From: Kistimonas asteriae
GTDB lineage: Bacteria; Pseudomonadota; Gammaproteobacteria; Pseudomonadales; Endozoicomonadaceae
Length of the DNA stretch: 32,000 bases
Direction of reading: 5' to 3'
Assembly: GCF_018263925.1 (NCBI RefSeq)
Contig: NZ_JAEVHF010000011.1
Span: 66,119-98,118 of the forward strand
The notes under the pieces are model-generated. The model saw nothing but the letters and a program-made list of their open reading frames with translations, was not told the origin of the DNA and made no database searches. This document shows, piece after piece, positions 16,817-24,135 of the stretch (positions are counted from its first letter, which is position 1; each line of letters starts with the position of its first letter). A program made the position numbers and the translations under genes.

Positions 16817-17278
16817 ATGAAAACAAACCGATTATTTCTATTCTTTTTTTTCTCACTAAACATCGTTTTTTTTGCACACGCTAGCGAGGAAGATATTAAT
16901 GATGGTAATCACCACGCTTACAAGGTGTCCGGAAACCTCGATGACCGAGCAGAGGTTTCTGTCAAGTTTCTACCCGGTACGGGTTTTGTATCATGGATTC
17001 TTACTCGAAACAGTGAAACGGGTGTTTTAGATGACTATGGACGATTTTATGTTGATGACCATTGGACCGGGTATTTGCCAGAAGACTCACGCATTCTCAT
17101 CGCAATGCGGGGTAATGGCGTAAACTGTTATTATTTCAGAGTCGTCAAACCCACATTTGGCCATGTTGAGCTGGTAGGTGCATCTGGAAGTCCCAGTATT
17201 GAAGTTGCCGCAGGTGACGCGCTTGTTATAGAAAGGCTGTATAACACACACAGTGCGGCATGGTGCCCTGATCCGTAA
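16817..17278 (+). CDS. Small secreted protein, unrecognised family, paralog 2
   Basis: 153 aa from ATG 16817. Signal peptide MKTNRLFLFFFFSLNIVFFAHA followed by SE. Shares with paralog 1 the blocks AE(I/V)SVKFLPGT, RNSETGVL, YG..YV..HW, LP..SR, an internal Cys, and the terminal CPDP. Confidence 0.7.
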   Translation: MKTNRLFLFFFFSLNIVFFAHASEEDINDGNHHAYKVSGNLDDRAEVSVKFLPGTGFVSWILTRNSETGVLDDYGRFYVDDHWTGYLPEDSRILIAMRGNGVNCYYFRVVKPTFGHVELVGASGSPSIEVAAGDALVIERLYNTHSAAWCPDP

Positions 17279-17304
17279 ACGCATTGTCCTAAGGTTCACT
17301 TTTG

Positions 17305-17340
17305 GACGAACCGTAGGATTTTCCTTTCATACGGTTCGTC
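17305..17340. terminator. 11-bp perfect hairpin between convergent paralog 2 and parA
   Basis: GACGAACCGTA (17305-17315), 14-nt loop, TACGGTTCGTC (17330-17340). No clear U-tract on either strand. Confidence 0.4.
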
Positions 17341-17374
17341 ATTAATATGCATAAATGGACTCAATTATGATTTA

Positions 17375-18160
17375 TCAATCGACATTCTCAACGATACCAT
17401 CAAGACAGCAATGCAACGCTAGATATTGTCGTGATAGTTTGTGGTTAGGCGCTAAAAATACGAGGGGAGTACAAGCATAGTGTGACTCTCTCATTTTGAC
17501 TGACTGATTGAGATAGGTGGGTAAGACAGGGTACCCTTCCTCAATGAGTTCCTCTATCAGCTGAAGAGGCAGCTTAGCCTGTGGCTGAAACTGATTAACA
17601 ATAATCCCTTCAATCATCAATTTCTGGTTATGGTCTTCTTTTAGCTCCTGGATTTCCCCCAGAATACCGAACAAAGCCTGACGTGAAAACGCATCACAAT
17701 CAAAAGGAATCAAACAGCGTTCGGTAGCAATCAAGGCTGAGCGGGTATAGAAGTTCAACGCAGGTGCCGTATCAATGTAAATGCGGTCATACTTAGCCGA
17801 GAGACTCTTAAGAGCATCACGCAATTTGTATATTTTATGCTTACTTTCTAACTTATGCTGGAGTTCTTCCAGCTTCTGGCTGGCGGGCATAATATCCAGA
17901 CTTTCAAACGGTGTTCGATGGACAAAGTCTGTCGGCTCCTTGGCAAAGAGATTAAACGAAAGCGTCTGCTCAAAGAGGTCAGCGACCGTATTTTTTAATA
18001 CCTCCGCGCCTTTCCCCAACAGATAATGCGTTGCATTTCCCTGAGGATCTAAATCAACGACCAGGGTCTTCAAGCCTTCACTGGCACTAATTGCGGCCAG
18101 ATTACAAACAATGCTGGACTTTCCAACACCACCCTTTTGATTAAATATCACCCGCCGCAT
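17375..18160 (-). CDS. Orphan ParA/Soj/MinD-superfamily ATPase
   Basis: I start at the internal ATG (complement of 18158-18160), with AGGGGGA upstream, giving 261 aa. Deviant Walker [23 protein letters not shown], then [12 protein letters not shown] and [11 protein letters not shown]. No ParB-like gene is adjacent. Confidence 0.85.
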   Translation of the reverse strand: MRRVIFNQKGGVGKSSIVCNLAAISASEGLKTLVVDLDPQGNATHYLLGKGAEVLKNTVADLFEQTLSFNLFAKEPTDFVHRTPFESLDIMPASQKLEELQHKLESKHKIYKLRDALKSLSAKYDRIYIDTAPALNFYTRSALIATERCLIPFDCDAFSRQALFGILGEIQELKEDHNQKLMIEGIIVNQFQPQAKLPLQLIEELIEEGYPVLPTYLNQSVKMRESHYACTPLVFLAPNHKLSRQYLALHCCLDGIVENVD

Positions 18161-18357
18161 GTTATTCCCCCTGGTTACCTGGCTAAGCCATCGCATGACG
18201 TTAACTGCCATGCAGCGGCAATTCAATAGTTTACGACTCCGGACACACTAAAAGCTTCAAGGATTCAGCCGGTAGCTCTACGTATTGTCACGCACAACAA
18301 ATGGACTAGGATACGTTAGCGAGCCCAACAACAATCAACAGATGTCGTGTTCCAGCC

Positions 18358-19143
18358 ATGCTGCCAACCAATGAGACGGAACCGTTTGCACCGCCACGCG
18401 AAACTGCCAACCTGTTACTGGATATTGCCATATTGCAGCTGCGGTGTGGTGCCCATACCGAACGGGTCAATCGTAACGTCAAACGGTTTGCACGTGCCCT
18501 GGGGTATGAACCAGAACTGTTCTTTTCCTTTTCCGGCGTCACACTGACCCTGCAAAATCAACAGCACACGATCACCCTGTTTCGTCGCGTCGAAACCCAC
18601 GGTATCAAATTAAGTGTTCTAGTCGGCATCAGCCGCCTTAGCTGGCGGGCACAGGAAGAAAAGCTGTCCATTGATGAAATCAGGGAAGAAGTCTATCGAC
18701 TCAAAGAAAGCCCTGCCTATCCATTTCCCCTGATTGTCGCACTGGTCTCCCTGGCCTGTGCCAGTCTGGCGCGTCTTTTCGGTGCGGATGCGTTAGTCAT
18801 GCTGACAACGGCCGTCGCCACCATGGCCGCGCTGGTTACACGTCATACCCTTCAGCAATGGGGATTCAATATTTTTCTTGTCATTGCCTGTTCCGCCTTT
18901 ATCGCTGTCACTGTCAGCGGCATGGGGGTTCATCTGGCAATAGGAAGCGTCCCTCATTTGGCCATAGCGACCTCGGTGCTTTTTCTTGTGCCCGGTGCAC
19001 CACTGATCAATGCTGTTATCGACCAGATCAATGGCCATATTCTGGTGGGTGTTGCCCGGGGCATCATGGGCACGGTGATCGCTTTCGCCATAGCGCTCGG
19101 CATGCTGGTAGCGCTTAACCTGCAGGGACTCGGACAACCATGA
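18358..19143 (+). CDS. yjjP: Threonine/serine exporter family protein (ThrE / YjjP-like, DUF1212)
   Basis: 261 aa. The soluble N-terminal region (LLLDIAILQLRCGAHTERVNRNVKRFARALGY) is followed by several TM helices. A 4-nt ATGA overlap links it to a YjjB-like partner, as in the E. coli yjjP-yjjB pair. Confidence 0.75.
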   Translation: MLPTNETEPFAPPRETANLLLDIAILQLRCGAHTERVNRNVKRFARALGYEPELFFSFSGVTLTLQNQQHTITLFRRVETHGIKLSVLVGISRLSWRAQEEKLSIDEIREEVYRLKESPAYPFPLIVALVSLACASLARLFGADALVMLTTAVATMAALVTRHTLQQWGFNIFLVIACSAFIAVTVSGMGVHLAIGSVPHLAIATSVLFLVPGAPLINAVIDQINGHILVGVARGIMGTVIAFAIALGMLVALNLQGLGQP

Positions 19144-19649
19144 TGCCTGGTTTTGAAGCATTCCTCGAAGCCGCCTTCTGGTCAGCCGCTACGGCCACCG
19201 GATTTGCCGTACTGTTTCATGTACCGCATCGTTCACTCCCGCTGGTTGCTCTATTGGGCGCCCTTGGCTATTGCCTGCGAGTGGCGTGGCTGGCGCATGG
19301 TGGCAGCATCGTGCCGGGAACACTATTGGCCTCATGCAGCATCGGTGTTGGCAGTATGGTGCTTTCCTATTTCATTCATTCTCCCGCCGTCGTTTACTCC
19401 ATGCCCGCCGTCATCCCGATGGTGCCTGGCACTTACGCCTATAAAACCATGATTGGTCTGATGCAGATCGCTGATAATGGCGCCACGCTCGACGTGCTGA
19501 TTAAAACTGTCAACAATGGACTGATTACCGGATTTATCCTGGTTGTGCTGGCGATTGGCGTCTCGATTCCCAACCTGTTACTGAGAGGCAGGAGTATTCG
19601 GGAGATTCGCTGGCTGTCAGCCAAAAAATCTGACAGCCCTCCGGTATAA
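19140..19649 (+). CDS. yjjB: Threonine/serine exporter family protein (YjjB-like, DUF3815)
   Basis: 169 aa and almost entirely hydrophobic (4-5 TM helices). Contains the PMVPG motif region (AVIPMVPGTYAYK). Translationally coupled to the upstream gene. Confidence 0.72.
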   Translation: MMPGFEAFLEAAFWSAATATGFAVLFHVPHRSLPLVALLGALGYCLRVAWLAHGGSIVPGTLLASCSIGVGSMVLSYFIHSPAVVYSMPAVIPMVPGTYAYKTMIGLMQIADNGATLDVLIKTVNNGLITGFILVVLAIGVSIPNLLLRGRSIREIRWLSAKKSDSPPV

Positions 19650-19651
19650 CA

Positions 19652-20122
19652 CTATGAGTCCGCGGACAACGCACGCTCTCGCTGATACGCCTCATAATCA
19701 GGCACAAGCCGCTCAAATGGCTGGTTAAACAGCGGTGATGAAACGATAAAGTCCGCAGAGGAGGCGTTGCAGGCAACGGGAATATTCCAGACAGCGGCCA
19801 GACGCAACAATGCTTTGACATCCGGGTCATGCGGTTGTGAGGACAGCGGATCCCAGAAGAATATCAAGGTATCCAGACGTGATTCGGCAATCATTGCGCC
19901 AATCTGCTGGTCGCCGCCCAGCGGGCCGCTCATGAGGGGATGAACCGGCAAATCAAGCTGCTGATTCAATAGCTCTCCCGTTGTACCGGTCGCATAAAGA
20001 TGATGCGATGCCAGTTGGGCCTTATGGCGCTGGCTCCACGCCAACAGGTCCGGTTTCTTGTTGTCATGGGCAACCAGCGCGATATGCCGACTCTCAGGCA
20101 TGGTCACAGTTTTATAGCGCAT
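19652..20122 (-). CDS. mgsA: Methylglyoxal synthase
   Basis: 156 aa, collinear with E. coli MgsA: HIALVAHD..K, LYATGTTG, MSGP(L/M)GGDQQ(I/V)GA, LIFFWDPL...PHDPDVKALLRLA.VWNIPVA.N..(S/T)ADF. Confidence 0.95.
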   Translation of the reverse strand: MRYKTVTMPESRHIALVAHDNKKPDLLAWSQRHKAQLASHHLYATGTTGELLNQQLDLPVHPLMSGPLGGDQQIGAMIAESRLDTLIFFWDPLSSQPHDPDVKALLRLAAVWNIPVACNASSADFIVSSPLFNQPFERLVPDYEAYQRERALSADS

Positions 20123-20151
20123 AGCATCGGCTCACATAAACAGGTCGATAT

Positions 20152-20177
20152 AAAAAAGGCTGCCAGATGGCAGCCTT
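20152..20177 (-). terminator. Rho-independent terminator after the phosphofructokinase gene
   Basis: AAGGCTGCC (20156-20164), loop AGAT, GGCAGCCTT (20169-20177). On the minus strand the stem is followed by TTTTTTATA. Confidence 0.7.
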
Positions 20178-20185
20178 ATATTTGC

Positions 20186-21445
20186 TCAAACATCAAAGGC
20201 AGGTAATTTCTTTTCCACACAGGCCCGGTTCAAACGGGTATGCACCGGCACGCCATTTTTGAAGGGAGGATAGTCTTCTCCCATGATCAGAGGCGCGAGG
20301 TAACGCCGGCACTCTTCAGTGATATGCAACCCATCCCCACGGATAAAGTGACGGGGCATTTTCATTTCCACGTTGGCGACCATTTCCAGTGGTACTTCAC
20401 CGATTGACCAGTTGTATTCAGGGCCTTCACCACGAACAATGGTAGGCATAATGCCATTTTTGCCCTGTACGGCATATTCAACCGCCGCCGCGCCAACCGC
20501 ATAGGCTTGCTCCACATCCACGGCTGAAGCCATGTGACGGGCAGCACGCTGCAGATAATCCACAACCGCCCAGTGATACTTGTAGCCTAGGGAATCCTTG
20601 ATCATTCGAGCCAGGATCGGTGCTGTCCCCCCCAGCTGAACGTGGCCGAACGCATCGGTGGAACGTGAGGCTGACAGGAAGGTACCGTCACCATAGTGCG
20701 TACCTTCTGAGGCGACAACCACACAATATCCATGGTCTTCGACGGTCTGTTCGACCTGAGCAAGGAACGTTTCCCGGCAGAAATCGATCTCCGGGAACAA
20801 CAGCATATGGGGCGGGTCATTTTCCTTATCCATGGCCAGTGCCGCGGCGGCAGTGATCCAGCCGGCATGGCGCCCCATGACTTCCATGATGAATACCTTG
20901 GTCGAGGTTTCATGCATGGATTCAATATCCAGCGAGGCTTCCTTGACCGATGTCGCGATGTATTTCGCGACAGAGCCGAAACCGGGGCAGTTATCCGTTG
21001 CCGGGAGATCGTTATCAACGGTTTTGGGAACACCGATACAGGTGATGGGGTACCCCATTTCCTTGCTGTACAGGGAGACCTTATGGGCGGTATCCATGGA
21101 ATCCCCACCGCCGTTATAAAAGAAATAACCAATATTATGGGCCTTGAAGACTTCAATCAGGCGCTGATATTCGACCGGTTTGTCTTCAGGGGTTGAGAGC
21201 TTGTAACGGCAGGATCCAAAAGCACCGCCCGGGGTGTGGCGCAGTCCCGCAATCGCATCAATAGACTCGAGACTGGTATCAATCAACTCTTCCTTCAGGG
21301 CACCGAGAATGCCGTTATGGCCGGCGTACACCTTGCCGATCTGATCCGGATACTGGCGAGCGGTTTCAAGGACGCCACAGGCGCTGGCGTTTATGACAGC
21401 GGTGACACCTCCGGATTGGGCATAAAAGGCATTTCTGACGGGCAT
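20186..21445 (-). CDS. PFK-A family phosphofructokinase, long (~420 aa) type, probably pyrophosphate-dependent
   Basis: 419 aa containing AQSGGVTAVINAS, FFYNGGGDSMDTA, GVPKTVDNDL, MEVMGRHAGW. Lys in PKTVDND and Asp in GGGDS occupy the two positions that separate PPi- from ATP-dependent enzymes. Confidence 0.85.
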   Translation of the reverse strand: MPVRNAFYAQSGGVTAVINASACGVLETARQYPDQIGKVYAGHNGILGALKEELIDTSLESIDAIAGLRHTPGGAFGSCRYKLSTPEDKPVEYQRLIEVFKAHNIGYFFYNGGGDSMDTAHKVSLYSKEMGYPITCIGVPKTVDNDLPATDNCPGFGSVAKYIATSVKEASLDIESMHETSTKVFIMEVMGRHAGWITAAAALAMDKENDPPHMLLFPEIDFCRETFLAQVEQTVEDHGYCVVVASEGTHYGDGTFLSASRSTDAFGHVQLGGTAPILARMIKDSLGYKYHWAVVDYLQRAARHMASAVDVEQAYAVGAAAVEYAVQGKNGIMPTIVRGEGPEYNWSIGEVPLEMVANVEMKMPRHFIRGDGLHITEECRRYLAPLIMGEDYPPFKNGVPVHTRLNRACVEKKLPAFDV

Positions 21446-21835
21446 CCAAGACGCTCCTGTTACTTGTGTCTATCCTGTTGGGCAGCACACCATGCTGCAA
21501 GGGCTCAATGATGGCGTGGCAATCATACTGGAAAACAGCGGTCTGAGCCAAAGTGATAGCCATGTGGCCGGTCGTTTTTCCTAGTCTGCGATATTTGACA
21601 ACGGCCTGAACAGAAATATCCTTCTCGCCCGCAGAAATAGCTGAAAACCTTCATGTCCGGAATACACCGAATGATATAACCGGATTCTCACTCAGATGCA
21701 TTGATCGTTGATTTGACAGACAGGGAGCAAGCTTCTATTTCTTTCTCTGTCCTTTCAGCGGAGGGCTGAAATAAAGTCGTTTCTTTTTCAAAAAGGCCTT
21801 CACTGGATTCCCTGTATCCACTGGTGGATGTTGTC

Positions 21836-23035
21836 ATGATTAAATGCGCTGCACGTTTTCTGGTTCTTTGCTGTCTTGTTTCGGCCTCCTACAGTACGGC
21901 CTCAACATCCTCTTTTAACTGCGATTCATTTCTCAGCCAGCCTATCGAAAAACAGCGAGCGGAATTCACAAAAGCCAGGGACTTATTCATCCGGAATTTC
22001 AGCCAGATAAAAGACGTCGATAATTCTGCCTGGGAGCTTACCAGGCTCCTTCAACAAAAGCGTTTTGACCCGGATATTGAAAAAGGCATCTATCTGGCCC
22101 ACCTTCCTGGCCACCTGCTGAATTACAACGAAAATATAGACACCATTTTTTTAAAAAACCTGCAACAAGCCATCAACAATCTTGAAGACATCGGTAAATG
22201 TTTCCATTACCGAAAAAATAATACTAAAAAGAAAAACCCATTAATGGCGCTAAAACTCTATGAGAATGACAGTGCCCAATCCCAGGATGATGTTTCTCAT
22301 ATTTTCTTTGGCTATACCACCTCTGCAATGCAACAGGGAAATGCTATAAAAGTTGCCCGGGGTGCCGACACCAGAGAATGCTCATTAGCAAATTGTGTTT
22401 TCAAAAACATTCCTATTGAAAAGGCCCGTGAGTTTGTAAAATCCCATACGGTCATCCGCCTTGTTCATAGCCCGGTCGAGCTTCAACGCATACAGGCTAA
22501 TGCCCAGGCACAACCCCATGAAAAACAATTACCGGCCAAAAGCTGGCTGACCGGCGTCAAGCTTTATAAAACCGGGGAGATATTTACCAGTCCTGAAATT
22601 TACGTCAACATTGGTTACTATGCAGGAGAACAGCTGATTGGCAAAAATGTCCTGCAATTACCCTGGGTTACCAAGAAAGGCATGAACCGTGGCAACACCT
22701 TGCTACTCGACTGGCCCATCGGCAGTGACAAAGCCAAGGTCGTCGTCATGGAAAGTGACGTCGATATTCCCTATGACGTGATGCTGGATGCAGCCTTTGG
22801 TATTGGAAAATATTTTACTGACGAAACCTCAACAACCGGTTCTTTGCTGAGCAGTCTACACAGCGCTATTTCCGGCTGGTTCAGTGGTACGGGCTGGGGG
22901 GAAGATGACTACATCGGAACCGTTGTGATTGACCGGAATGCGCAGATGCCTGAAATCGCTACGGATGAAGGTTCTGCCATATTGCAACTCCGCCATGAAG
23001 TCACCGCGAAACGTTATCCTGTCTATGGTCAATAG
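21836..23035 (+). CDS. Secreted protein of unknown function (orphan, AT-rich islet 2)
   Basis: 399 aa from ATG 21836; the track's GTG start at 21824 adds MDVV. N-terminal signal peptide MIKCAARFLVLCCLVSASYSTAS. I find no motif I can assign. A strong bidirectional terminator follows the gene. Confidence 0.65.
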   Translation: MIKCAARFLVLCCLVSASYSTASTSSFNCDSFLSQPIEKQRAEFTKARDLFIRNFSQIKDVDNSAWELTRLLQQKRFDPDIEKGIYLAHLPGHLLNYNENIDTIFLKNLQQAINNLEDIGKCFHYRKNNTKKKNPLMALKLYENDSAQSQDDVSHIFFGYTTSAMQQGNAIKVARGADTRECSLANCVFKNIPIEKAREFVKSHTVIRLVHSPVELQRIQANAQAQPHEKQLPAKSWLTGVKLYKTGEIFTSPEIYVNIGYYAGEQLIGKNVLQLPWVTKKGMNRGNTLLLDWPIGSDKAKVVVMESDVDIPYDVMLDAAFGIGKYFTDETSTTGSLLSSLHSAISGWFSGTGWGEDDYIGTVVIDRNAQMPEIATDEGSAILQLRHEVTAKRYPVYGQ

Positions 23036-23064
23036 ATCGCTTCAGAAAGATTAGGTGACATAAT

Positions 23065-23098
23065 TAAAAAAGCAGTACCTCGATGGGTACTGCTTTTT
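23065..23098. terminator. Bidirectional rho-independent terminator between the convergent islet-2 genes
   Basis: AAAAAA, then AGCAGTACC (23070-23078), loop TCGATG, GGTACTGCT (23085-23093), then TTTTT. There is an A-tract on one side and a T-tract on the other. Confidence 0.8.
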
Positions 23099-23126
23099 TA
23101 GTGTGCAAAATCACTACAAAATGCTT

Positions 23127-23945
23127 TTAAGCAGCAGATGCAGCTTCAAAGAACGCTTTCATCCTTTCAACATGTCCTTTAAAACTCTCATTGCCCTTGG
23201 TCTTAGATACTGTCAGATGCTTGCTGACAGCTTCTTTGACTGGAACTTCAGAAACCGTACGCTCTGACGCAGTTTCATTTTCCATCTGCTCCAAGAAATC
23301 GACATCTTCGACACTATCAATAAAAAGGTCAAAATCTTTAATAGCATTTTGTGCACGCGCTCTTGCATCAAATACTGCGACTTCATCTTCCATAGTGAAT
23401 TCATCATCAGTAATAGCATCTTCAGCATCGTCGAGATCAAGATCAAAAGCCAGTGCGTAATACCCATGTGTCAATGGCATTTTCATGGCATCAACTGTTG
23501 CTGTTACTGATAAATCTTCTTTATAGTCACTACATTGTGACGAGCCGGCTTCTTTTGAATAATGCTTCAGATCAATCTCCGCCTTCTCAGCATCTTCTTT
23601 TAACTCACGCTCAAGCTTATCGACTTCTTCTGTGATAGTATCCCACGTAACCCAACTTGATTTACTTCCCCCGGGATGAGAAAAGTCATTATTTTCGACA
23701 GCTACAGAGCGACTTGTGAGATTTAGATCCATATCACACTCATCACCAGCAGAGACAGTACGCTTTTCAAGTGACGGTGCAACTTTATCAAATTTCAACG
23801 CCATTGCTAAAACAGAACCCACACTTACTGGAGTTAAGTATCTACCATTTAGTTCACCCTTAACTTCAGGCTTCGCACTAACAGCACTATCATAAGCCTT
23901 AAAGATAGAAAGCTTTTCTTTAAAATTAAGATTTTCTATACTCAT
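23127..23945 (-). CDS. Highly acidic cytoplasmic protein of unknown function (orphan)
   Basis: I start at the internal ATG (complement of 23943-23945), which is preceded by GAAGGAGGAATTCCG, giving 272 aa (MSIENLNFKEKLSIF...). No signal peptide. Long D/E-rich runs such as DLDLDDAEDAITDDEFTMEDE. The 58 upstream codons of track ORF 24119 have no RBS and look like read-through of AT-rich DNA. Confidence 0.6.
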   Translation of the reverse strand: MSIENLNFKEKLSIFKAYDSAVSAKPEVKGELNGRYLTPVSVGSVLAMALKFDKVAPSLEKRTVSAGDECDMDLNLTSRSVAVENNDFSHPGGSKSSWVTWDTITEEVDKLERELKEDAEKAEIDLKHYSKEAGSSQCSDYKEDLSVTATVDAMKMPLTHGYYALAFDLDLDDAEDAITDDEFTMEDEVAVFDARARAQNAIKDFDLFIDSVEDVDFLEQMENETASERTVSEVPVKEAVSKHLTVSKTKGNESFKGHVERMKAFFEAASAA

Positions 23946-24135
23946 CGGAATTCCTCCTTCATTATTGTGAGTTAAAGATACCCTAGCTATTGAAACAGAG
24001 AAATTAGACCAACGCTCAATAGTGCAAACAGCTATAATAATTAACTGATTAATTTCCCTATTAAATATTGCTACAACACCAAAATTGATTGAATACCGGT
24101 TAGACGCAAACGTTATCAACTAGATCTTCTATATA

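Larger units (their letters stand above)
15589..17278 (+). repeat. Two tandem, diverged copies of a ~1014-bp module (conserved upstream element plus a small secreted-protein gene)
   Basis: The start codons 15803 and 16817 are 1014 bp apart. The upstream conserved blocks 15609-15657 and 16622-16670 are 1013 bp apart. The coding regions have identical length and align without gaps. Confidence 0.8.

Noticed and set aside
17279-18357. Search for a parS-like palindrome or ParB gene around the parA-like gene
   Set aside because: I found no TGTTTCACGTGAAACA-like sequence by eye and no ORF with ParB features. The flanking intergenic regions are only 96 and 197 bp.
20602-21196. ORFs 20602..21156 (minus, alternative frame) and 20732..21196 / 20832..21119 (plus) within the pfk gene
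   Set aside because: The 419-aa frame carries all the PFK-A motifs. The others are Arg/Pro-rich frame shadows.
24030-24060. Near-palindrome AATTAACTGATTAATT in the divergent promoter region between the acidic-protein and oxidoreductase genes
   Set aside because: It has only 6-bp AT-only arms inside very AT-rich DNA, which is expected by chance.
23946-24119. 58-codon N-terminal extension of the acidic-protein ORF (track start 24119)
   Set aside because: The internal ATG at 23945 has a strong GGAGG Shine-Dalgarno. The extension runs through AT-rich promoter-like DNA, nearly reaches the divergent oxidoreductase start, and reads as hydrophobic or random sequence.
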